64,000 nucleotides of DNA from Girardia tigrina. Its lineage: Eukaryota. The position numbers were made by a program, and so were the translations under genes. The notes beneath the pieces were generated by a model. It saw only the letters and a list, made by a program, of their open reading frames with translations, made no database searches and was not told the origin of the DNA. How positions within the stretch are numbered: position 1 is the stretch's first letter; every line of letters begins with the position of its first letter. Of this stretch, positions 52,346-64,000 are shown piece by piece. The stretch is taken from positions 1 through 64,000 of the forward strand of contig MQRK01235066.1 in assembly GCA_001938485.1 (NCBI GenBank). The letters run 5' to 3'.

Positions 52346-54499
52346 GTTATCATGATCTGATTTAAGTCAAATATTCATCGTTTTACTCCATTATGCCTCT
52401 CTCATAGAACCCTTTTTCCCTATTTTATGTTTAATTTCTCCACCAGAATAGATTTCATACTTCCTATACTGATCGTAAAAGCCGAAGAATCGCCTGACTT
52501 TTGTGTTTAATAGCTCTATGTCTTCGTCTTTCGTGAAACTGTCTGGAACCATTCTGGCAAGTATAAATTCTGACTTTGTGGATTCTATGTCAGGAATGAC
52601 ATTTGTGGCATATCCTCTTTTTTTTCGTCCTAGTAAACTAATGATACAAATGCATTTCAGTTAAATTAAATATTTGGAATTAAAATATCTAATTAATAAT
52701 AATAAATATCTTAAAGGAATAATGGTCGTTCAATTATTAAAAATTAAAATATTGAATATCATACGTTTTACTTTACATTCTTCCTCTCAATTGACTGTGC
52801 TTAAGAAAATCAACTTACATTTCTTTAGAAACAACAGATTATGTATGTAATAAATAATTGGTCCAGATGCATTTAGGAGACTTTGAGATAAAAACGCTTA
52901 ATTATATGTAGCACAACCCGTAATGTACGGATATATACAATCATGAAATCTTTCCAAAGAATCTCTTTTATCAAGAAGTAACTGTCGACAATCGAAAACG
53001 TTTCATGCCTCCCTCTATTCTTCAGAAAAATAGCAAACATATCACACAAGTAATGAATTGTTTGGAAAATACATTTGGAATTTATCTAGTGGAATGAACA
53101 AATGTTGCTGTTTGAGATTTTATACGAGAGAAATTTCCAAATGAGTAGACATATGCTATTCTTCTACAAATACTGTCATCTGAACATGAAATGCAATCAA
53201 TGATTTTTGACAATTTTATATCGTCCTGAGAGGATATTATGTCTTTCGTCACATGAATAATGATATTTTCACCATTTATAAGATCCTTCCAAAGAATAAT
53301 AGTTAAAGAATTATTAAATCACAAAAAAATCATTTTACCTGGATGCTGAAGAAATTGTTCAATTTATTATGGAATGAGTCTGTTTGTTTGTCAATATTTT
53401 GAGAATTGTTGATGCATAAACAATTTGTTTTCATACATCCTTGAGACAAAATTTTTCTACATTCAATATGCATTGGTTTTTCATAAAATTTTAAATCAAA
53501 CCTATATAAAAGAAAGTCATCGTTGTATAAGCGTTTCTTTGATAGAGCATTTTTTTAATTAATTTTGGACAAATTAATCTATCTATGAAGAGTGTTTGTT
53601 TTAATTGTTTACTGTAAAAAATAATATTTTTAAATGTATTCTTGTAATAAATTTAAACGAAGTGATTTAGAGCAATTTTTGCATTTTATTTAATAATGTA
53701 ATTTTTTTGCGATTTATCCAAATCTACATACCTGGATTGTGTCCAGCATTCAAAAGTCGGTTTGAATTATAGAAACTAGGGACATTTATATAAACTTTTA
53801 TAGTATAAATCTGGAAACTATAAATTAAAATAGAACATTCAGGATTGTATAAAGAGCAATGTTTTTTGCACAAAAAAAGACATACTTTCGGCCGGCTTGT
53901 ACAAGATCGATCAAATAATATTGTTTAGAAAGTATAGAAAGGAGAACGCGTATTTATATTTATCATTTTTCAAATAAGAATATCGATACGCTAGAGAAAG
54001 GATTAACATTTTTAACAAGATTCTCTAATTATTACTGAGAGAATAATGTTAATATATGAATATTTATAAATTAAACTACTAGATATTTATATCTAATATC
54101 AATATATCTTATATATCAAGTTTTATAAAGGATTCTGAATATAATAAATCCATTGGCTTGTTTAAATCAATCAATTAATTAATTTAGACGCGTATTTTAA
54201 TTGTTGTTTAATAAATATTATTATCAAAAAGTCGACTTTGAATATGGAAAATTGTTATAATTACCAAATATATTCTGAGTTAAAAGTGATAATGATTCAA
54301 TAATTATGAGTTGGATGCGAATATAATTTCAATAAATTAATCTTGCCCGCATTTACCGGGGAAACTATATCAAAAACAAAATGTTATTAATAAAACAATT
54401 TGATATTAAGGATTATAATTGATTAAAAAACTGAAGATTTATGATTAACTAGAATTTTTGATTGATTAAAATTCTTATTAACCACCAGGAATATTGGAA

Positions 54500-55490
54500 C
54501 TACTTCATGTACAATGTACAGAAAAATTGAAGACTGATTTTAATCACTTTCACAAAATAATATGACTGGAGCAATTACATCTGGAATGAAATTTTTAATA
54601 ACCTCAACTTATTTGCTCTCTTGGGTGTTCAAAACCTTCGCTCTCTACTCTATTTTCCTTCTGTAATATTTAAGAATTTTCAGAATGTAATAGAGTGAAT
54701 CGATTAGGTCCTCAACCGATGGATGAAAATAATTACAATGAAATGCATATTTCTTTTTATAAAATGATAAAAAAGTCTTTAGTTTCAACATTTAACTATT
54801 TTATCATCTTATATTAATTTGGCAAAAACTTACCATCAGCTGTAAATGCCAAAATAAGCATTGTTCTTCGTCCAAATTTTTTGTTTTGAACAGCACGTGG
54901 TCGAGGATCATCTCCACTTGCCCATACTCGTAAGTTGGATCTCCATAATGTAGGGGAAAATGATATCCACGTTTCATCAAGTATTCTTTCCCATATTGTT
55001 GCACAAGATGCCAAAAATTTCTTGAGGATTCAATACATTGTCGTTTGTGATCATCAGTCAGTTGATAAGGCACGCAAATGCTGAAAATCTTTTTCCTGTT
55101 CAAATTTTCATGGAGGATTATCCCTATTGATTCTTTGTTGACATTAAGCATTTCACTTATGTGTCTTAAAGACATTCTTTCATCCTGCTCAATTATGTTC
55201 CTAACTTTTTCAATCAAATCATCAGTTGTTGTTGCTGAAGGACGTCCACTTCGTGGGTGATCGTCCAACGATAGCCGCTTGCCTGAGGTAAAATCAGAGA
55301 ACCAGTTTCTTATTGTGCGTTCCGTTGGGCAATCATCAGGGAAAGCATTGAAAAACTTTATATAGGTTTCAGCTGCAGTCGTTCCATTTTTCCACTCAAC
55401 GTATGCATAGAATCGACTATTAGATATTGAAAATTCCATTTTTACCGATAACCTTTTAAATCCAATATGAAAAGGGAACATATGACACAA
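54500..55490 (-). pseudogene. Decayed mariner-like transposase
   Basis: HTH ..RTIRNWFSDF..DDHPRSGRPS; DETW in shifted frame. Confidence 0.85.
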
Positions 55491-56198
55491 ATTAATATAT
55501 ATCGATTGATTTTTTTGCCAAAAAAATATTTATAAACAAGAATTAACAAAAAATAGCATTAGAATGGTAATTTTATTTCTTATTTAAAAGTGGAGAGCAA
55601 CTGAAAAAACTTTCTTACCATGTTAATAGAATGAACTAAATTTGCATCTTTCGATCAAAACTTATTATATTACGTTCTACTAATGCTTCATTTTTCAAGG
55701 ACTGGCAATTTAGATATACTCGTTGTGGTCATTGACTTGTTCAATTTTCTTAAGCAGATAGAAAAAGGAATTGATTGAATGTTATTAACTTAAATATTTT
55801 TATAAAACTTTTTATTATTTAGTTATTTAATTTATAACTAATATTTGTCTGTTTTTTTAATTTTAATAATTATTTTTTTAATTAATAATGATTAAATGTT
55901 TTTTTAATTTTCAGATAATATTAGCCAATTTGTAATTACGAGAATAAATTATTTAAAAATTTTAGCTATTTTGGAATAATAAATTGAATTATAATAATAA
56001 TATGAATTAGAAAACCAGCTATAAGTATTGGTCTGTATTAAACAAAACACAATCAAATTTTAAAGAATTATGTAGAATTTTAAAAAAAGTTTCTAGTTTG
56101 GCATCTTTAAGATTAGAACGTCATGGAAATTAGTGGGCTTTTCTGGACATTTTATAATAGATTTGAATTAAAATTCAAAAAACCTTCATCATTATATA

Positions 56199-56240
56199 TT
56201 GTTATTAATTTCGACTGATCAACCGTGATCAAACTAACAA
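56199..56240 (-). ncRNA. Decayed minimal hammerhead-ribozyme motif
   Basis: gt-TTGATCA-c-ggtt-gatc-agtc-GAAA-ttaa-TA-ac, ~50 nt after the PLE stop; two core substitutions. Confidence 0.45.
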
Positions 56241-56284
56241 GGATATATTCGCACTTATATACCAAAGTAGTTTTTATGTAATTT

Positions 56285-57230
56285 TCACAAAAATATTTTC
56301 AATAAAGTTGAAGAAGATGGTGTTTGGGCATTGATTTTAGGATCAAAGGATTTGATAATCAACTCTTCACACATCCCCATCCCAAAGTAATTATTAAATT
56401 GTGAACACAAAATCTTAAAATTACTTAAATCAACTTTACTATTTAAACAGTTCTTTCTATATTGAGCAATATTACTATCACTTTCCATTCGATTGTGTTC
56501 CTGAATACGTTTACAAATTTCAATTAGCTTTAAGGTATTTCCGGTTTATGGATAAAATTATATCAAATTACTATATAAAAATGCTAAACATTAAAGAATT
56601 AAACTTGATGGAATTTAGCTAAGATATCCGATTTAATTAGAATAGCATAAAAAAATTGATGAATAGAGAAAACTTAACCTGAATCTTTGTAATTACGAAT
56701 CTTAAAAGTATTGTAGATGTTATAAAGAATTTTCAGCTGATTCATTCTAATATCTTTACATTTTCCTTACCGAAAATTTTCAAAATAGTTTCTTGTATCT
56801 ATTAGTGAATTTATTATTCAAATTGTTTGCCATACGTTGCAACAGTTTGATTTTCTTGCTTAAGGCCAATTTACATTAGGCTGACTAAGAATGTTTTTCA
56901 TGAATATATAAAATTACTTTATCAGTAATATTTGTAGTTTTAATATTGCAGATAGTATTGAAAATTTCGATATTATAAATGACCTTTATTCTTAAACCAA
57001 CCATTTTTCTAAAATAAAGCAAAAGAAAATTTGTAGATATTATGTTTGAGTGGCTAATATTGAAATTTGTCAATAAATTTAAGGATTATATTGAATTTCA
57101 GATTGTTAACAATTTTTCAGAAAGAATATTTAACACGTTTAGTATCCCCTTGTGGATAATTGTTCCAAATTATACAAATGTATAAGCTTCACATGTATAA
57201 ATGTATAAATTCACACCAGTCTGTATTATA
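56285..57230 (-). mobile_element. Penelope-like retroelement 3' remnant
   Basis: ORF 56285-56488 SNFKILCSQF..EELIIKSFDPKINAQ is a GIY-YIG C-terminus; decayed coding sequence upstream. Confidence 0.75.
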
Positions 57231-58030
57231 TTTCTGCAGGCGTCGACATTTGATATTTTTTATTATGTCATTTGAAATATTAAAACTTGAATTATATTAT
57301 TTTTATCAATAACAAAAAAATCAGTTATCCGATGTTTTATTGAAATAAATTTTAAATTTTGATATACTTTTTATATTTAAAATTTCACAACTATTTGCTA
57401 ATTATAAATAATGTTTTAAAAAATGACAATTTATTAACACTAATATTTTAAGCCAATTTAAACTAAAATATATTTTTATTGATTTCTATGGTTTAACCGT
57501 CATTATTCCAGATAGATATTGTAAATCGAATACATCATTCGTAAATCATTTAAATAAAGTTCAATAAAGTTGTAGAGTGCAGTTTAGATGGTAATTTTAT
57601 GATCCAAAGATGTTATGTCACTCTCTACCAGTAATTACTAAATGGACTGCACAGAATTTATATTGAAATTCATATTGTTAGAATATATCCACTTTACAAC
57701 ATTTTCTTTGTCCAAATATATTCCTATCATTAGGAGTATGTACATGGATTCTCTTACACAGGTGATGTGAATGGTCTTCTATGTATGTGCTGCTACAACC
57801 ATTACAATACATTTATATATATAATATTTGTCTGAAAAGTGTGTTTGTTTATTTGTCGGTCACGATATGATCAAAATGTGAAATTCCGGGGAACCAGAGC
57901 GAATCCACGTAAGGACGTGGTCAGTCTGGATAGCCCGCATCGAGAGAGTTCTGTCGGTACAGCCCTTTGTCGAAAGACGCTGGAAGCCGATGAAATGGTC
58001 CGAAAACCATGCACATCGTTAAATTGTTAA

Positions 58031-58660
58031 ATCGATTTTGATGATGCAAGTCGTTTGTTTGGGATGGAAGGGCCTGATATTATTCAGTTGGAAGAAGAAA
58101 TTGAGAAAAAAATTAGTGATGAAACGTATAACCATAAGATAGAAGATTCGGGTCTTTCTAATCATAATTCTTTACCAAAAGATGAAACAGTTCAATTGAA
58201 TTGTCTTGAAAACATCAATAATAACAATAACTTTACATCAAAACTCAGAAAACCCACTACTTCAAGAAAAAATACACTTAACACAAGTAGTATTGAATCT
58301 CAAGAAGAGTTATTTAATGGTTCACATGTTGAAAATTGTTTTATTGATAACAAATTCAATGTTCCTGAATCCTCTGGTCATAATCCGTTCTTTAATAAAT
58401 GGGATCATATCACTCATAAGGTCGATAATTCAGATAACGAATCTATAATATCAAATGGATCTCAATACGTAATTCCGAAATTTAAACCGTTTCGTCCAGT
58501 AGGACGAGTTAAAATTTACGATTGTTTTGACCAAACGAACAATGTAAAAAGGCGCAAATATCGCGAGGTTTGCGATATGGGATCGCTTGATGAAAGAGTC
58601 CGAGAAGTACTAAGTGAATGTACAAATCAATGGGGAGATGTCGTACTAGGAATTTCGTGA
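58031..58660 (+). CDS. Stop-free coding segment (~209 codons) inside the Helitron, product unknown
   Basis: Long open frame in AT-rich DNA; host-like N/S/E-rich composition; no transposase or helicase motif recognised. Confidence 0.55.
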   Translation: MDFDDASRLFGMEGPDIIQLEEEIEKKISDETYNHKIEDSGLSNHNSLPKDETVQLNCLENINNNNNFTSKLRKPTTSRKNTLNTSSIESQEELFNGSHVENCFIDNKFNVPESSGHNPFFNKWDHITHKVDNSDNESIISNGSQYVIPKFKPFRPVGRVKIYDCFDQTNNVKRRKYREVCDMGSLDERVREVLSECTNQWGDVVLGIS

Positions 58661-58810
58661 AAATATTTATGAAAGCACTAATAAAATACTAATTTATTTG
58701 ATAAATGACGATTTCTATCACTTATTTCCTAATTATATTGCTAAAAATCAATTTAGTATAAATTTGCAAATTTTCGTTATTATTAAAAATATCATCATTT
58801 CATTTATATA

Positions 58811-58852
58811 GGGTTAGGAGTTAGGATTAGGATTAGGGTTAGTGTTTAGGTT
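58811..58852 (+). repeat. Degenerate TTAGGG-like tract
   Basis: gggttaggagttaggattaggattagggttagtgtttagg. Confidence 0.6.
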
Positions 58853-59660
58853 AATTTTTTAATAAAGACGTTTAATCATTATCTTCCTTTCTTCGCCGAA
58901 AGACGTCGGGAAGTCGACGAAATCAATCGAAAACCGTGCTGGTCGAATGATTGTTAAATCAACACCGAATTGTAATAATGCCAATTAGGAGGATTCCTAC
59001 AAGGAATTTCGTGAGAATATTTTTAAAAATACTAATAACATATTAATTTAATTGACAAACGACGACTTGTATCACTTATTTACTAATTATATTTCTAAAA
59101 ATCTATTTAGGTTACATTTGCAAAATTTAGTTATCATCTGAATCACGATTTGTCGGTCAAGCTCAAATTTTACTATGATCATTTATATGCTTATCAAATG
59201 CGAAATAGTGAAAGAATAGGGAGTTAATCCGCGTAAAGTTGAGGTAAATCTACATAACCCGCATCGAGTCGGTTCTGTCTGTGCAGCGGCTTCGCCAAAA
59301 GGCACCGGGAGCCGAATTAATTGACTGACTGTTATATCAACACAGAATTCGAAATAATAAATTATAATAATTACGATGTAAAAATGGAAGCAGAAACTTT
59401 CAAAGACGAAAATTTAGCTGACCCGTCATACATGACGGGTCTTTTTCTAGTATCAAATAAATGTATTAAAAGTATTTACTAACTATGGAATTTATTTTAG
59501 TTATTTATAATTTAAAATATATTCAGTTTGTTTTTAAATTAACTAAATTTAAATAAAAGTTTTTCTCACTTTGTGAAACTTTGAAAGAAAAAGAATCTTC
59601 ATGATATACTTAAAATAAAAAACTGAAAATCGTAATAAATTTCATGTATAATCATCAATA

Positions 59661-60399
59661 TTAGATTGTCCTAAAAGTTCCTGGTTAAGAATGAAAAATA
59701 CAATTTTTTGTGCAAGAATTTATTTTAAATAAATAACACTTAATCTTTAAAGTACAATCCATCGTTTTCGACTACTTTCTGCCAACGGTCTGCAAGCTTT
59801 GGATCTGGTCAAAGTACCATTCCGGCTGCTTCGAATTGAAGAACTCTTGACATGCTTGTTCAACTTCATCGAATGCTTTGAACTCTTTTATCGACCTGTT
59901 CTTTGGTGAGTTCGTTTGGATCTTGACACGGTTTCTTGTGCACAAAGTGTAGCTGCTTCAAATGCCAATGTATGGTTGACTTGCCAACTCCAAGCTTAAA
60001 TGCCATATCGCGAGTGCTTGACGAAGGCTCCATGTCCAATTCTGCTTGCAAGTCATCGTAATCCTATTTTGTTGATCGTTGACTGTCATAACAGAACGAT
60101 GACTGTCATTCAAGTCAAAGTTGCCTTTATTGAAATGCTTGAACCAATCAATTGCCGTTCTTTTTCCGACCGTTTGTGTACCTTCATCTTTACAAATTAC
60201 CTTGGTAGCGTCTCGTGTTGTCAAGCCTTTTTTTCGAATAGTGATGCAGTAACATACGGATTTCAAGCTTTGTAATTTCGTAGTCCATATAATGCTATAA
60301 ATAAGTCGATATATATCAATATCAAATAAATAATGGAAAAAATAAATTTGAAAAAAAATGTATTTTTATTATTGACCGGGAACTTTTAGGACAACCTAA
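59661..60399 (-). mobile_element. Internally deleted mariner
   Basis: TIR ttag(a/g)ttgtcctaaaagttcc, TA TSD; HTH and C-terminal remnants. Confidence 0.88.
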
Positions 60400-61111
60400 T
60401 ATGATAAAATAAAAGTTTTAAAACACAATTCATAATCATCTGCATTTTGTAATTAGCTTTGTATTCCTCATATTAATAATCTATGTTTTAATATTTTCAT
60501 TTCTTCCTTCACAAAAGGTTTTGATTTTCAAAATAAATTCCAATTAAATTAAGCCAAGTATAAGAGAAAGTTTTTGAAACGCTTTATTATTCATTATTTC
60601 ACTTATTTCAAGAAATTTGTGCTTCTATTTGTTCTCACTACAAGAACTCTCTTTTTTTAATATCAACTTTGGAAAGAAAGTCAGGATTTTATAAAATTTG
60701 AATATCAGAGAACCTGGAACTAGTAAATCAAAAAAAAATTTTATATCCATTACTTATGCGGGCAGAACTCTACTTGGGCAACAAATTTTTTTTTCTTATC
60801 TATTGTAGAGGGGAAAATTTTATACAAAAAATTTTTACAATTCCATTTTGCAATTAAATAGTTACTAATAACATAGTAAGTTTATTATAAAGCATGGAAG
60901 GAAAAAACCAAAAGATTTCTATTTAATACAGTTTAAACATTTGTGGATAATCGTAAAACGTTTTTTGTAACAAAAGCTTTTGATAAACTGATTTGATCAA
61001 ATTTTCTTATTATCATTTATTGTCATCGAAAATGAGTAAATGTGCAAAGTTTGGAGAAAATTAATTAAGTAAAAAGCCTTCAAAAATATGTTTCTAAATT
61101 CCATGTATATA

Positions 61112-61935
61112 CAGTAGAACTCGGTTAATAGCATTACTCTCCAGACCGGAAAGTGTGCTATAAACCGGGCAGTGCTATTAACCGAGAATGATAGTTTCAA
61201 TACCACCTCAGTAATAAAATACAGTAAGTGTAATAACATGTATTGTAAAGTAAAATATGAAATTACAATTTAACAAAATGATTAAAAATAAGGGTTTGTT
61301 TCTTTTTCCTTAAACAGATTTTTGTAACTATCAAATTGCCCCCCCCCTGTGAGGCGTGGGTCCCACGTTGGGAAACACTAATTTTATATTTCCCTTGGGG
61401 GGCGATCGCCCCCCTCCTAAGTCTGCCCCTTTAATGTGATGTGTCTTGCTTATTCAACCACTGAGCATCATAAAACAGCAGAAGATCCAAATGTTTCTTT
61501 ACTTTACCATGGCAACAATTGCTAATTGTCTTTGTCATGCCATGATTCACTAGCCACTTAATCCACTCAGCTTTAACATATCCACCCACTGTGCTATTTA
61601 CCTGGCACAAAGAAGACTAATTTCCATACGGCCTGGTGCAGAATTCGATAAACAGTTGTTCCGGACACCTTGTCACCTGGGTCACCTGCTTGCTGCTTGA
61701 TTTCTCGCAATGATAAGGTGCAATACTTCCTCGATTCGCGGACAATCACAGCCTTCTCCTTGGATGTCAGCTTTTCCTTGCAGCCACAATACCCTAATGA
61801 TGTTGCAGTGCTACCCACACTTTGAGCAACCTACTCGTTCTGCAATGTCTTTGTAAGAGATGGATACATGGAGGCGCGATGCAATGATTTTATCCCTCTT
61901 CTCACGTGGAATGTCTTTCATTCTGGCAGTGTTAC
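61112..61935 (-). mobile_element. Tc1 transposase N-terminal remnant mixed with MITE ends
   Basis: MKDIPREKRDKIIA..SYKDIAERVGCSK and VSGTTVYRILH; cagtagaactcggttaatagc terminus; GC-rich hAT-like ends 61335-61430. Confidence 0.6.
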
Positions 61936-62287
61936 AGAATAATGTACAAACAAAATACTGAACAGGCAAGCAATATCGCACTCATGCAACATACTCGGAA
62001 ATACAACCGTTCTCAGTAATATGAAACACATTGTATATGTATATATATATAGAAAGCAAGCTAAGAATGGAAAAATTTAATTTTTTGAAAGAAAAAAATG
62101 TTAATTTTGAATCATTATACATTCGATTGGGCTTACCGTTTCTTACAAAATTTTCATTTAATATTTGTCTTGAATGTAAAGAAGAGTATTGAAGTAAAAA
62201 TGTCATCGGAAACTTTAAATCAAGTATTACAAAAATCAAGTGTTACAAATCGATACTTTATCCATATACTACTTAAAAAGGCTTTAA

Positions 62288-62473
62288 CCCATTTGATACA
62301 TTTTTCAGCATATTCGTACAATCCTCAATTTTTTCTATAGATTTTTTATTCCTTTGGAAAGAATAAAAAATCATAACATATAATTTTAATATTCCATGTT
62401 TCCAAATCAAAAACCAAACTTGTGCCTACATGTCTATACATGTCAAGCGAATGCTTCACTGGGATAAAATGGG
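62288..62473. mobile_element. piggyBac-like MITE
   Basis: TTAA|CCCATTT ... AAATGGG|TTAA. Confidence 0.75.
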
Positions 62474-63120
62474 TTAATATCTGTTTTTAAAATTTGAGTA
62501 CCTTCCAAAAAAATGTTAATCATTTCATTATTTGTTGCCGACCTATAACATTAATAGCTTCACAAATATTATATAACATTTCCATTTTATAAGATTGTCT
62601 ATAAAATTCAATTTTAAAGATAATATTTTTCTAATTGAGATAATTAAATAAAGATACTAATTTATTATTTTATGGAAATTAGTCTTCAATAATCGCAATA
62701 AAATGCATTTACTACGAGCCTTAAATATAATTACGGCAAGTTGGGATCTACATTTAATAATTGATGGGAATTATAAGTCGCATGTGTGAGCACTGTTGAA
62801 TCAAAACACTGAATAAATTTTTAATGGCCATAATGAATGCAAACATTCTTCATAAAATCTCATTCATTATATTTTCTTTTTTTTAATTTTCATTTTTATA
62901 CATTCTCTGAGTAAATGTCTGAGAACAGGCTTATGTTTTTTTAATTTCTAAATTTACATTTGCAATATGCAAGATACACTTAAATAAAAATGGCAAAATT
63001 TAAGGCTGATTCATTTACTGTTGTAAAGAGGAAAATCATCTTTGAGAATGTAAGATCTTGTTTTTTTCCCTTTTAAATTTAGTTTTGTTCCTTATTTTAA
63101 CAATGTTTAATTTATTTCAG

Positions 63121-63188
63121 ATGATCAAACTCGAGTGATATTAAAGAATAATTCTTCATCAGATTATATCAATGCCAGCATAATTAAT
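63121..63188 (+). CDS. PTPN3/4: PTPN3/4 exon, PTP domain YDQTRVILKNNSSSDYINASIIN
   Basis: YD.TRV.L and DYINA motifs; phase fits across ~17-kb intron. Confidence 0.95.
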
Positions 63189-63272
63189 GTTTGTTTTATT
63201 TGTTATTTGAAAATTAATCGAATTATATTTTTATTTTTATGGTAAACTGTTGAAGTTTTCCTGTTTAATATA

Positions 63273-64000
63273 CGAGGGTGGGTCAATAAGTCCGTGACTT
63301 TTTGAATTTCTGACCTCGTTACTGAAAAGCAACACTGCTCCTGTCAACAGGCATGAGTCAGTTGACTCCTCTCAAAAATTTTAACTTNNNNAGTCATTTA
63401 GTTTGTGTGTCACAGCTATCTTTATCAGACTACCCAGTAATTTGAAGAGAAAATGGAAAAAAGTGAATTTCGTGTGCTTATTAAGCATTATTTTTTGCGA
63501 AAAAAAACCATTNNNNNNNNNNNNNNNNNNNNNNNNNNNNNNNNNNNNNNNNNNNNNNNNNNNNNNNNNNNNNNNNNNNNNNNNNNNNNNNNNNNNNNNN
63601 NNNNNNNNNNNNNNNNNNNNNNNNNNNNNNNNNNNNNNNNNNNNNNNNNNNNNNNNNNNNNNNNNNNNNNNNNNNNNNNNNNNNNNNNNNNNNNNNNNNN
63701 NNNNNNNNNNNNNNNNNNNNNNNNNNNNNNNNNNNNNNNNNNNNNNNNNNNNNNNNNNNNNNNNNNNNNNNNNNNNNNNNNNNNNNNNNNNNNNNNNNNN
63801 NNNNNNNNNNNNNNNNNNNNNNNNNNNNNNNNNNNNNNNNNNNNNNNNNNNNNNNNNNNNNNNNNNNNNNNNNNNNNNNNNNNNNNNNNNNNNNNNNNNN
63901 NNNNNNNNNNNNNNNNNNNNNNNNNNNNNNNNNNNNNAGTTATGGCGACGGTTTTTTGGGATGCACGCGGGATAATCCACATTGACTACCTTCAAAAGGG
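63273..64000 (+). mobile_element. mariner (irritans-like), runs out of window
   Basis: TA|cgagggtgggtcaataagt; MEKSEFRVLIKHYFL and VMATVFWDARGIIHIDYLQKG. Confidence 0.9.

Larger units (their letters stand above)
57812..59450 (+). mobile_element. Non-autonomous Helitron
   Basis: 3' hairpin gacccgtca-taca-tgacgggtc then CTAG|T; 5' A|TTTATATATATAAT (TC-type start, 1 change) plus tgtttgttt tract; no TSD; internal tandem modules. Confidence 0.85.

Overview
Very AT-rich metazoan genomic DNA; base composition, TE content and intron sizes suggest a planarian flatworm (inference). One host gene crosses the window on the + strand: a FERM-PDZ-protein tyrosine phosphatase of the PTPN3/PTPN4 (Ptpmeg) family. 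I can splice 15 exons in frame (3360-63188), covering mid-FERM, FERM-adjacent, linker, PDZ and the start of the PTP domain; the gene's start and end lie outside the window. The introns (42 nt to ~17 kb) are packed with mobile elements: two internally deleted Gypsy LTR elements plus a solo LTR, at least 8 Tc1/mariner copies, hAT elements and MITEs, piggyBac- and pogo-like MITEs, Helentron-type repeats, Penelope-like remnants and a Helitron. Best leads: (1) a non-autonomous Helitron carrying a ~610-bp stop-free captured coding segment; (2) three Penelope-like GIY-YIG remnants, each followed by a minimal hammerhead-ribozyme motif; (3) a 1.47-kb LTR element with 99-bp LTRs and a GC-rich interior, a horizontal-transfer candidate; (4) an unclassified repeat family (6 copies) sharing a Cys-patterned ORF start; (5) a near-complete CGGBP1-like coding fragment between ~124-bp direct repeats; (6) GTT-dominated 5' splice sites. 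All calls are by eye; no searches were run.
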